Origin: an uncultured Synergistales bacterium
GTDB taxonomy: Bacteria; Synergistota; Synergistia; Synergistales; Aminobacteriaceae
DNA length: 34,532 nucleotides
Direction: 5' to 3'
Assembly: GCA_937897575.1 (NCBI GenBank)
Contig: CALCQG010000057.1
Coordinates: 1 to 34,532 of the forward strand
Position numbers and translations under genes: made by a program. Each line of letters starts with the position of its first letter. The first letter of the stretch is position 1. Shown in pieces: positions 10,499-18,489 of this stretch. The notes under the pieces were generated by a model, which saw only the letters and a program-made list of their open reading frames with translations, was not told where the DNA came from and searched no databases.

Positions 10499-11080
10499 TT
10501 ATTCCGAAAACAGCCGTTGCGCAACGTCTGCCTCAATGTCGTCCCGCACCCACCGCAGGAGCATATCCCACGAGCAGTTCGTCTGGATGTCGCCGCTCTG
10601 CAGGATAAAGCCGCCGGCGATGTCCGCCCGATCGGCGCTCAGAGTCAGCATTTTGCCCCGCTTCTGGTTATAACCGGCCAGCCACTCCTCGGTGATGTAC
10701 CGCTCCGAGGGGGATACCCGCACCTCTTCGCTCCCGGACTCGACAACCCTGTCCAGAAGCTTCTCCGCAAAACCGAGGTACTCCTCCTTCGGAAGGTTGG
10801 CCAAGCGGTCCAGTGCTCCGCTGAAGGCCCGGTTGATGAGGGCGTACTTTCCTCCCAGGAGGATTTTCTTTATGTCGAGATCGGATACGATCTCCCTTCG
10901 CCTGTAGATCTCCGGCTCCTCTTTGCTGAACTGGGCAGCGTAGTGCGCTTCGATTTTCGCTATCTCCGCGTCGGCCTCGCCGGAAATCACCGCGGCCTGA
11001 GACTTCGCCTTCTCAAGGAGAACGGCCGCCTCCTGCTCCGCATCGGATATTATTTTACGCTGAATCTCCGCAAGGGACAT
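10499..11080 (-). CDS. atpE: V/A-type ATP synthase subunit E
   Basis: N-terminal coiled coil (MSLAEIQRKIISDAEQEA) and C-terminal IAGGFILQSGDIQTNCSWD. Confidence 0.9.
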   Translation of the reverse strand: MSLAEIQRKIISDAEQEAAVLLEKAKSQAAVISGEADAEIAKIEAHYAAQFSKEEPEIYRRREIVSDLDIKKILLGGKYALINRAFSGALDRLANLPKEEYLGFAEKLLDRVVESGSEEVRVSPSERYITEEWLAGYNQKRGKMLTLSADRADIAGGFILQSGDIQTNCSWDMLLRWVRDDIEADVAQRLFSE

Positions 11081-11094
11081 GGTTTCCCAGCCCC

Positions 11095-11577
11095 CTACAC
11101 CTTTATTCCATTGAGAAGAATAATGCTCATCAGAAGGGAGAGAACGGCATAGGTCTCGACCATTGCCGGGAGAATGATGGCCTTACCCATCTCTTCGGGC
11201 CGTTTCGCAATCATTTGAATGGATGCGGCGGACGTCTTCCCCTGGGCTATGCCGGAGAAGTACTCGCCGATGGCTGCAGGGAGGCAGGCACAGAAAATGC
11301 CGAAGCCCTGGGCTACGGACACGGTTACGGGATCGCCGCCGAGAAGACCGACCTTCAGAATGGCGAAGAACGCCACAAGAAGACCGTAGATTCCCTGCGT
11401 CCCTGGCAGGGCCTGAAGAGGAAGAATTAAGCCGAACTTGCCGGGGTCCTCCGTCATCACACCAGCGCCGGCTTCACCCGCAATGCCGACTCCGATGGCT
11501 GAACCGGCTGCTCCCCACCCTGCGGCCATGGCCGCACCTCCGACCGCCAACATTGTTCCGAGAAGATCCAGATTCAT
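11095..11577 (-). CDS. atpK: V/A-type ATP synthase subunit K (c, four-TM proteolipid, Na+-type signature)
   Basis: 160 aa with four TM helices; LPGTQGIYG, SGIAQG and MVETYA match the Enterococcus hirae NtpK pattern. Confidence 0.93.
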   Translation of the reverse strand: MNLDLLGTMLAVGGAAMAAGWGAAGSAIGVGIAGEAGAGVMTEDPGKFGLILPLQALPGTQGIYGLLVAFFAILKVGLLGGDPVTVSVAQGFGIFCACLPAAIGEYFSGIAQGKTSAASIQMIAKRPEEMGKAIILPAMVETYAVLSLLMSIILLNGIKV

Positions 11578-11632
11578 CGTACCGATACACTCCCCTCAAA
11601 CATATAGTGTAAACATCCTGTTGTCGGTGTTT

Positions 11633-13645
11633 CTATTCCGTTTTGTCGTCCTGCAGAAGGACGTAGTTCGTTCTGTAGGTCAGCGGATTGAAGTCGCGGC
11701 CGCCTCCACCGTAGAACTTCCCGAAGAACTCGACGTACTGAAGGCGCATGGAGTGCACGAAGGCGCCCATCACGTTGATGACGAAGCTGAATATGTTGCC
11801 GCCCAGAAGAAGGACCAGGGCGAAGAGCAGTCCTATGTACGGAATCCCCGTCGCCAGATCGGCGAGGACGTTGACGATCAGACCCACTGCCGCGGATGCA
11901 AGCCCGAGAGCCAGCAGCCTGCTGTAGCTCAGGAGGTCGCCCAAGTAGGACGACGTACCGTAGAGGGCGAGGCCCCCGGAGAACAACTTCCTGAATATCC
12001 CGTTCTTTTCACGACCCTGGGTGACCAGGAGAAAGAGCGCACTTCCGATGGTCACGAACTTGAAGAACTTGCCCACCCCTTCGGAGAACGCCCCGGAAAA
12101 GGTTATCCCCCACATGAGGATGCTGAAGAGAAAGACCATCCATCCGATCTTGTCCACGAACATCGTGACGTAGTCCTTTTTCCTGTAGGCGTCATAGGCG
12201 GCTATGCCCATTCCGAAGAAGAGGTGGATTGCGCCCAAGGCGAGGCTGATGGCCAGATACTGCATCGGCTGGTTCATGGGGTCGATCTTCATGAGCCCGT
12301 CCTTCACGGGTTTCAGGAAACTCAATATGGGGAAGGTATCGACCAGGTTGCCGAACCACCCACCCGTAAGAGCGCCTACGAGGATGGTGGAGACGCCGGT
12401 CATGACGAACAGTTTGAGGAAGTCCGAGAAGATCGGCGGCATCCTTCTGTATTTTTTCAGAAGCCAGAGCGACATGACGACCATGACGATCCCAAATCCT
12501 CCGTCGCCGAGGCACATGCCGAAAAAGAGGATGAAGAAGGGTGCCATGAGCGGCGTTGGGTCGGTTTCTCCGTACTGAGGCAAGCCGTACAGCTTCGTTA
12601 TGAACTCGAAGGGTTGGCTCCACGATGCGTTCCGAAGCAGCGTCGGCGGTTCGTCCCCTTCGCCGGGATCCGTCAGCATCAGCTCGACGGAAGAGCCGTA
12701 GGGAGCGAGGAGTTTCTGAACGTCGGGGACCTTTCTCTCGGGAATCCAGCCGCTGAGCATCATGACCTGCTCCGTCGCCAAACCGGAGGACAGGATCTGA
12801 CCTCTGTCCCGCAGCACGGACCAATAGTCGCTCAATATCCGGATGGACGGCACCCATTCTTGTGCGGCGGCATCACGTTGAGAGAGAATATCCTGTTCTT
12901 TCCGGGTCAGGATGTCCTTTCTCTCCGAGAGCGCGGCAAGTTCCTCCCTCACGGTCCCCTTCAACGTGGCGGGAAGATCCACGCGGACAAAGGAGTTGGC
13001 CGCATTTATATCGGCCACGCCCGTGGCCAGGGATTCCTCGAAGAAGACGGCGACTCGGATGTCCGGATTTTTTTTGTCGGCCTTGGAACCGACGAAGACC
13101 TCGCCCATAGAGCCGAGGAGAGACTCCATGCCGTTCCTCCAGTCGTCGAGCGTCAACGACGGGACCGTCCCAAAAATGCCGGAGACTCGCTCTGTTCCGG
13201 AGGTAATCAGTTCGAGGGGGTACGGAAAATCGTCGAGGGAGGAGAGAAGAGCTTCAAGGGACGCTATCTGAGAGAACTCGGCGCGGGTCTCCGCCAAAGA
13301 GCGCTCGAGCTCCCGCATCTGCTCTGCGAGCGACGAGACGTCTATCCGGGCCGCAAGGTCCCTCCCCGTCGAGAGAGCAACCTCCTCTTTTCCCTCGAGA
13401 AGGCGGACGATCGCCGATTTGTCCGTCGCAAAATGGGGTTCGAGAAAACGAAGGAGGAAGCGAGACTCACCCAACAGGGTCTCGAGCCGTGTAAGATCCG
13501 GGTGCCTTGGTACCGCCTGTTCAGAGTCATTGGAGGCCAGAGAGCGAACCTCGAAGGAGCCGGTCTTTTGCAGCGCCGCCAGAACGCCGTCGAGAGCAGA
13601 CCGATGCACGTAAATCTCCGCTTTTTTCATCCTGTCAACTGCCAT
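11633..13645 (-). CDS. atpI: V/A-type ATP synthase subunit I (a)
   Basis: Soluble N-half and hydrophobic C-half; YGLPQYGETDPTP, LSYSRLLAL (essential Arg), HSMRLQYVEFFGKFY. Confidence 0.94.
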   Translation of the reverse strand: MAVDRMKKAEIYVHRSALDGVLAALQKTGSFEVRSLASNDSEQAVPRHPDLTRLETLLGESRFLLRFLEPHFATDKSAIVRLLEGKEEVALSTGRDLAARIDVSSLAEQMRELERSLAETRAEFSQIASLEALLSSLDDFPYPLELITSGTERVSGIFGTVPSLTLDDWRNGMESLLGSMGEVFVGSKADKKNPDIRVAVFFEESLATGVADINAANSFVRVDLPATLKGTVREELAALSERKDILTRKEQDILSQRDAAAQEWVPSIRILSDYWSVLRDRGQILSSGLATEQVMMLSGWIPERKVPDVQKLLAPYGSSVELMLTDPGEGDEPPTLLRNASWSQPFEFITKLYGLPQYGETDPTPLMAPFFILFFGMCLGDGGFGIVMVVMSLWLLKKYRRMPPIFSDFLKLFVMTGVSTILVGALTGGWFGNLVDTFPILSFLKPVKDGLMKIDPMNQPMQYLAISLALGAIHLFFGMGIAAYDAYRKKDYVTMFVDKIGWMVFLFSILMWGITFSGAFSEGVGKFFKFVTIGSALFLLVTQGREKNGIFRKLFSGGLALYGTSSYLGDLLSYSRLLALGLASAAVGLIVNVLADLATGIPYIGLLFALVLLLGGNIFSFVINVMGAFVHSMRLQYVEFFGKFYGGGGRDFNPLTYRTNYVLLQDDKTE

Positions 13646-13958
13646 AACGGGAAATCACCTCTCCAGCGATCCAGTCTGATACGCCCGCAAGCGCATTTTC
13701 ATACTGCCGTGAGCGGTCCTCCATCTCCCTATGGCCGGTTGCCAGCTTTTCATCGGCCCTTTTCTCGGCATCCCGCTCCACCGAGACAACCTTGTCCCTG
13801 AAGAACCGGAACGCCTTCTGTTGCGCCTCCTTCGTCCGCCGCTGGGACTCGTTCCGCGCCTCGTTCACGAGACGAACGGCCTCGTTCTTCGCATGCTGGA
13901 CGATTTCCTTGGAACGCGCCTCAACCTCTTTAATCTCGTCCGCCAGATTCACAGTCAT
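13635..13958 (-). CDS. V/A-type ATP synthase subunit G/H (peripheral stalk), 107 aa
   Basis: Charged coiled coil MTVNLADEIKEVEARSKEIV...; SD GAGGAGGTG before ATG at 13956-13958; first gene of the operon. Confidence 0.8.
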   Translation of the reverse strand: MTVNLADEIKEVEARSKEIVQHAKNEAVRLVNEARNESQRRTKEAQQKAFRFFRDKVVSVERDAEKRADEKLATGHREMEDRSRQYENALAGVSDWIAGEVISRYGS

Positions 13959-14023
13959 CCATTCCACCTCCTCCCCGTGTGCAGGAGATATACCACAAAG
14001 AATCATCAAATACGAATAATTAT

Positions 14024-14053
14024 ATTGTATTCCCAGTGTAAAGTCTGTGTCAA
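14024..14053 (-). promoter_or_regulatory. Sigma70-type promoter of the V-ATPase operon
   Basis: TTGACA (14048-14053), 18-bp spacer, TACAAT (14024-14029). Confidence 0.6.
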
Positions 14054-14143
14054 ATTTAACAAAGTCCAACAGAGCCGATCGTCTCACCTGCTGCCGCAAT
14101 CGCCCATCTCGTGCAGAATGCTTCCAGGAAGAATATAAAAAAA

Positions 14144-14219
14144 TGGAGCGGACAACGGGGTTCGAACCCGCGACCCTCAGCTTGGGAAGCTGATGCTCTA
14201 CCAACTGAGCTATGTCCGC
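14144..14219 (-). tRNA. tRNA-Gly (anticodon CCC), CCA encoded
   Basis: GCGGACATAGCTCAGTTGGTAGAGCATCAGCTTCCCAAGCTGAGGGTCGCGGGTTCGAACCCCGTTGTCCGCTCCA folds as a 76-nt cloverleaf. Confidence 0.97.
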
Positions 14220-14243
14220 TCGCTTATGAATGAGTCACGGATC

Positions 14244-14272
14244 ATTATATCTGCCTGTCCACTATTTGACAA
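14244..14272 (-). promoter_or_regulatory. Sigma70-type promoter of tRNA-Gly
   Basis: TTGTCA (14267-14272), 17-bp spacer, TATAAT (14244-14249). Confidence 0.7.
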
Positions 14273-14624
14273 GGCAGGGTCGATACTCTCGCCCTCGCGC
14301 CGTCATGGCATGGCCAAACGCGGGAAGGGATTTCGCACGCACCGGTGGAGCGTGCACGGTTCTTGCACGCACTGGACGGCCGATACCGGGACTTCACCGG
14401 CGTGATCCCCTTCTCCCGTGCCGAGAGAGGCAATCCCGTCCCATCCAGCCTCGGGTACCCCATCCTCCGCTTGCCGTTCCGCGAGACATGAGATTTTTGC
14501 CTCTTAGAAGAGGTTGCCGTCACCCCGTGTACGGCAGTACGTTCCTGCTCTTCTTGACGAACGTCCACGTCCGAGGGCAATTCTTCTTAAGAATACGACC
14601 AGCTAATCCCGTCCTGTGTCCTTC

Positions 14625-14870
14625 AATTATGACGATGTCGCCGATGAGATCGATCGTCCAAGCGAGGAAAAGCAAAAGGTTCAGCTGGTACGCGCCGGAA
14701 GGGGTGAACTAAAAAGCGTATTGCTGACATGGCCGCATTCCTGAGGAAACGACCAATCGTCATGGAGCGTCAAGCAGCGTGTCCGGCGGCTTGAGAAACG
14801 GGATACTGACTGTAAGAGAAAGTCAGCCATGGGATATCCGATTGACACGGCGGTGCTTCTTCATGAATAA
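14625..14870 (+). pseudogene. Decayed C-terminal fragment of a large serine recombinase
   Basis: Translates as NYDDVADEIDRPSEEKQKVQLVRAGRGELK / (frameshift) RIADMAAFLRK...VRRL.EK...E-stop. This matches the C-terminus of the intact recombinase at 32385-33953 ([42 protein letters not shown]...IRRLIEN...EE-stop). Confidence 0.75.
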
Positions 14871-14907
14871 AAAAAGGCACTCTACGCGTATTGCCATAGA
14901 GTGCCTT
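14868..14907. terminator. Hairpin, probably the terminator of the QueD-like gene (possibly bidirectional)
   Basis: AAGGCACTCTA (14874-14884) pairs with TAGAGTGCCTT (14897-14907); the preceding A-run gives a U-tract on the minus strand. Confidence 0.7.
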
Positions 14908-14953
14908 GATTCATAGCACGTTCAAAAACGCGGATTTTCCAATGTCTTGCGGT

Positions 14954-15523
14954 CTATTTCTTGTATCCACACTTAGGGCATACGCCGTTTGCATTTAACG
15001 CAATGCCGCATAACGGGCAGCGATCGATATCTGTGCGGGGCTCGTACGTTTCTGTAGCGCCGTTCACTCCGCTTGTAAAAGTGAGCTTGACGATGTTCAG
15101 TTTGTCCTTCAGCAAGTCGTATACGATTTTAATCATGCCTTCGACGGTCATCGTTTCTTTTGTGACGACCAAACGGCATTCAGGGTATGCCGTCGCGAGT
15201 TCCGTCTTGAAAGCCGGGCCTTTTTGCTGATTAGTCGGCGCACCGTTTCTGATACCTTGTGCTTCGTACACACCAAGAATCGCAGGAAGCAACGGGTCAT
15301 CCTCTCTTAAAACCAGCGCATGGTCGAAGTTCTGTAAAACTTCCCACGCCGTCTTCTGGATCTCGTTGCATGGAAAGACCATATTGACTCCCATGTTGAC
15401 AGTACCTTCAACTTCAATCGTCAGTATCCCCGTATGTCCATGCAGATACTGCGCCTCGCCTTTGAACCCATAAAACCTGTGTGCGTATTGCAAGTCTAAC
15501 GTCGTAAAGCTTCTCATCTCCAT
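14954..15523 (-). CDS. QueD/6-pyruvoyl-tetrahydropterin synthase family (T-fold) protein with C-terminal zinc ribbon, 189 aa
   Basis: AHRF, YLHGHT, FDHALVL and TVEGM motifs; C-terminal CPLCG...CPKCG; SD GAGGAG. The usual Cys before LHGH is replaced (EAQYLHGH). Confidence 0.8.
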   Translation of the reverse strand: MEMRSFTTLDLQYAHRFYGFKGEAQYLHGHTGILTIEVEGTVNMGVNMVFPCNEIQKTAWEVLQNFDHALVLREDDPLLPAILGVYEAQGIRNGAPTNQQKGPAFKTELATAYPECRLVVTKETMTVEGMIKIVYDLLKDKLNIVKLTFTSGVNGATETYEPRTDIDRCPLCGIALNANGVCPKCGYKK

Positions 15524-16023
15524 TCTCCTCTCATTGATATGTATTTACGGGTGTTTCGCTCCCGCAGGCGTACAGAGTTCATTTGTAACCTTTGCCCGTC
15601 CTTCATGTTTGTCGTAACGATCCCTTCTCATGTTCAGGGTACGCACCCTCGAAACCAACACCACCCTGCTACACCCGAACCGTGAATCCTCTTTACGTCT
15701 TTGTCCGAATCCGAGATGTAACCCTTGTTCGTGCGAAGACGTGCTCCCCTTCATGCATTGCTCGAGATCATGTTCGCGGCCTACAGGATCATGAAGAACG
15801 GCCCGACCTGGTATTGCCACTGTGCTGATTTCACCACCCCCGGGGCAATTTGAGCTCCGTGATACCGTCCGTTGGTACTAGTAGGGTTTCCCATCGTTTT
15901 ATAAATTTCATCGCCATACTATGACAACGGCACACTGTTACCGCTTTAGAACCAAGGATACTTGTTGGTATTGCGATTCTTTAATCTGTAATAATTACTT
16001 ATTAGAGTTAAGTATTGATAAGG

Positions 16024-16052
16024 ATCATATATCAACAAACCGAATGTGTCAA
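16024..16052 (-). promoter_or_regulatory. Putative sigma70 promoter facing the QueD-like gene
   Basis: TTGACA (16047-16052), 17-bp spacer, TATGAT (16024-16029). Confidence 0.5.
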
Positions 16053-16389
16053 GGGCGCGCACATCCGGAGGATATTTTGGCCGGTAATCGGGAGATAAGA
16101 AGAGGGGTCGAGTCCACCGGTTAAAAGGATAGTGTTGCACTCTCTTTTGAAAGGAGGTGCTTCGTGCGGGTTGAAAAAACGCAAGGGCTGTGAAGTTCCA
16201 TTTCGGCTCTTGAGCCCACTTTGTCCTCTAAAAGTTCAGGAGCACCGCCCATGAGCCTTTCAAGAGCTTCTCAGTCCATAGTGGACGGGCTCGAAGCAAG
16301 AGGCCAAACCCTCTCGTTTATACGCTTCCCCGCGTCTCTCAAACATACTCATGCCACCGGACTTTTCACGCACGCACTAACCCGCCCTT

Positions 16390-16439
16390 GACATCAATAC
16401 TACCGTCTCAACGTGGAACGAGAGCATCAGGTTGATGTC
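16390..16439. mobile_element. att-like site of a serine-recombinase element, carrying the rlmD/rumA 3' tail
   Basis: 50-bp dyad: GACATCAA (16390-16397)/TTGATGTC (16432-16439) and TCTC/GAGA share one axis at 16414/16415. The minus strand reads CAC GTT GAG ACG GTA GTA TTG ATG TCA AGG GCG GGT TAG = HVETVVLMSRAG-stop. Confidence 0.75.
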
Positions 16440-16455
16440 TGGTATGTATTTTTCG

Positions 16456-16557
16456 TTTTGTCCGTTCTCGGGAACAGGTCAATAGTGGTTTTTATGGGGG
16501 TGTTCTGTTCGAGGGAACAGGTCAATGATTTTTGTCCGTTCGGGGGAACAAGTCGAT
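16456..16557 (+). repeat. Three imperfect ~28-bp direct repeats with GTTC-N4-GAAC dyads
   Basis: TTTTGTCCGTTCTCGGGAACAGGTCAAT (16456), GGTGTTCTGTTCGAGGGAACAGGTCAAT (16499), TTTTGTCCGTTCGGGGGAACAAGTCGAT (16530). Confidence 0.8.
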
Positions 16558-16662
16558 ACATGGGGTTTAATTCCTGTCATCTCCGGTGGCAAAGGAACTA
16601 ACTATCGATAAAATGCACCGGTCAAATCAAATCGTTAAAAGATGCACCGCTTTTGCACACCC

Positions 16663-18489
16663 CTATGGAGTTGTCACCATATCTGCCTTTATCAGTTTAA
16701 CACCATTGATAGTCACCAAACAGGAAAAGACACTACTCTTTTCGTTTCCGAAATAGTCTATCCTTTTGGAACTCGCTGAAACAAACACCTGTTTTCGTGC
16801 TCGCGTTATTCCTACATAGAACACTGACAACTCATCTAAAGCGATATCCCGAAAACCCGATGACAGAGGAATTGGTAAAGAACAGCAACAATTAGTAGTA
16901 GAGGCGAATTTATTAGGGCAATCGTTACAGGTATAGTATCCGGGGAATACCCATCGTTCCACATCCGCGAGTACAACATAGTCCCACTCAAGCCCTTTCG
17001 CTCCGTGGACGGTAGAGAGTATAATTTGCGAATCCACATACTCCATAGCTTGTTTCAATTGGCGGTTCTCAAAAATATCCAAGAGCAGATTGTACTTATC
17101 CTCGGACAAGAGATCTGAGTAATCGATTGATACTTTTTCGACAAGAGCATCAAGCAAACGGAGCAATGAGTCAATTGTTTTGCCTGTCGCTGCATCATAT
17201 GCTTTTTTGACGTTGTCGGAGAAAGAAATCAAAGCTTTCTTGTTGATGCTTTTTGACTTCCCGAACCGCTTTATAAACATCTCTTGGCATTTGTTGTGAA
17301 ATTCTACATACTCGGCATCTTCGTCAGTGAACATACCGTAGAAGTACGCCACCTTTTTATCGGTAAGTTCTGCTTCTACTATTTCGGCATTCTTCCCTCG
17401 ACCCCTGAAAAGAATAGCAATTTTGTCTATCCCGTCACCCATCAGAGTCTGGACTTTAGCAACAACCTGCTGCGCTTCATCTTGCTGGGTTGTTCCCCAA
17501 ATGGCAGGTAACTTCGCCACATCATCCTCTAAGACGGTTGTAGAGAAACAAGACGCAGCGTTCTCTCTGATGATTTTATCCAGCTTTAGCATTTCGGGAT
17601 TGTTACGAAATCGATAATTCTTTGACAGAGTAACTTTAGACATTCCGTATTTGTCAACAACCATTGTCATTATATCAGGTAACGCTCCAATGAATCCGTA
17701 AATCCTTTGCAGCGGATCGCCAAGAAAAACAAGCTGTGTCTGTTCAACTATAATTGTCTCAAGCAATTTCCAGGCAATGCAGTTTGTGTCCTGAAACTCA
17801 TCGACAACAATAAGAGGGTAATAGCTCTGGTAGAATCTTTTGACCTCGGGAAACCGGTCGAACATCTCCAAAACGAACAAGATTACAGCATTATGAGTGA
17901 TATACTCCAGCGGCAGCAACTTCTTGATAACAATCTCGTTATAGGCGTGGATTGTCTGTGCGTCTGGAACCCGAGCCTCTTTGACTGCGGTTTCCACGGC
18001 TTTGAGTTTTTCAAGTTCATCTGATGAAAGAGCCGTTTTTAGGCTCGACTGTCTTTCAATATCGCTATCACCAACGGCTCGAAAAAGATTGACATCCTTA
18101 CGCAAGCCATCAGCAATGAGATACCCATACTTTTTAAGAACACCTTTGCAGAATCCGTGGTAGTTCGTGACGGTTACTTTTTCACCTAAGGCAACAGGGC
18201 TGTTCTGTGAACCGAGCAGAACAGGCAATTTTTCAGCGACTTCGCGTTTGACTTTCAGCGCAGCGTTTACGCTAAATGTGAGACCAAGGATGCGCTTAGG
18301 ATTTGGTATGCCTCCCGAAGCAAATAAATAGGCAATGCGACTAATCATCGTCGTGGTTTTTCCATATCCGGCAGGAGCTTCAACAATCAGTCGCAGACTA
18401 TCTGAAAAAATTACTTCAAGTTGTTTCTCATCACCTTCGTGTTGGACAGAGATTTTCTCTTTTATTTCAGCGAGAGTAGCGTTAGTCAT
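16663..18489 (-). CDS. gajB: UvrD/Rep-family SF1 helicase, Gabija GajB-like, 608 aa
   Basis: APAGYGKT (Walker A), LTFS, VVDEFQD (Walker B), GDPLQRIYGF, NYR, STVHGAKGLEWD, FYVGITRAR; start overlaps the upstream OLD nuclease. Confidence 0.75.
   Translation of the reverse strand: MTNATLAEIKEKISVQHEGDEKQLEVIFSDSLRLIVEAPAGYGKTTTMISRIAYLFASGGIPNPKRILGLTFSVNAALKVKREVAEKLPVLLGSQNSPVALGEKVTVTNYHGFCKGVLKKYGYLIADGLRKDVNLFRAVGDSDIERQSSLKTALSSDELEKLKAVETAVKEARVPDAQTIHAYNEIVIKKLLPLEYITHNAVILFVLEMFDRFPEVKRFYQSYYPLIVVDEFQDTNCIAWKLLETIIVEQTQLVFLGDPLQRIYGFIGALPDIMTMVVDKYGMSKVTLSKNYRFRNNPEMLKLDKIIRENAASCFSTTVLEDDVAKLPAIWGTTQQDEAQQVVAKVQTLMGDGIDKIAILFRGRGKNAEIVEAELTDKKVAYFYGMFTDEDAEYVEFHNKCQEMFIKRFGKSKSINKKALISFSDNVKKAYDAATGKTIDSLLRLLDALVEKVSIDYSDLLSEDKYNLLLDIFENRQLKQAMEYVDSQIILSTVHGAKGLEWDYVVLADVERWVFPGYYTCNDCPNKFASTTNCCCSLPIPLSSGFRDIALDELSVFYVGITRARKQVFVSASSKRIDYFGNEKSSVFSCLVTINGVKLIKADMVTTP

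Noticed and set aside
1181..13801. Long plus-strand ORFs (1181-2686, 5871-7343, 6961-8553, 9451-10608, 11438-13801)
   Set aside because: Antisense shadows of well-identified minus-strand genes in GC-rich DNA; no recognisable motifs.
13959..14204. N-terminal extension of the subunit G/H ORF to 14204
   Set aside because: Runs through the tRNA-Gly gene and the operon promoter; the SD supports ATG at 13958.
14144..14219. tRNA-Gly as the island integration site
   Set aside because: The island lies on the tRNA 5' side, I saw no duplicated tRNA 3' end in the window, and the att-like site points to rlmD instead.
14954..15523. Dpd (7-deazaguanine DNA modification) system
   Set aside because: No dpdA/tgt-like, queC, queE or folE gene in the window, and the gene lies outside the att boundary of the defence cluster.
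15524..16020. preQ1, cobalamin or c-di-GMP riboswitch in the QueD-like leader
   Set aside because: A GGTTCTA stretch exists, but I could not build the preQ1 stem and A-rich tail, nor match other consensus elements by eye.
16047..16393. MITE bounded by an 11-bp inverted repeat TGTCAAGGGCG / CGCCCTTGACA
   Set aside because: One copy is explained by a -35 box and the other by the att/rlmD tail; there is no target-site duplication. Left as probable coincidence, though it could be a relic att half-site.
16456..16557. CRISPR array or LexA boxes
   Set aside because: Only three degenerate repeats with 15- and 3-nt gaps and no cas genes. The dyad is GTTC-N4-GAAC, the reverse arrangement of the Gram-positive LexA box GAAC-N4-GTTC.
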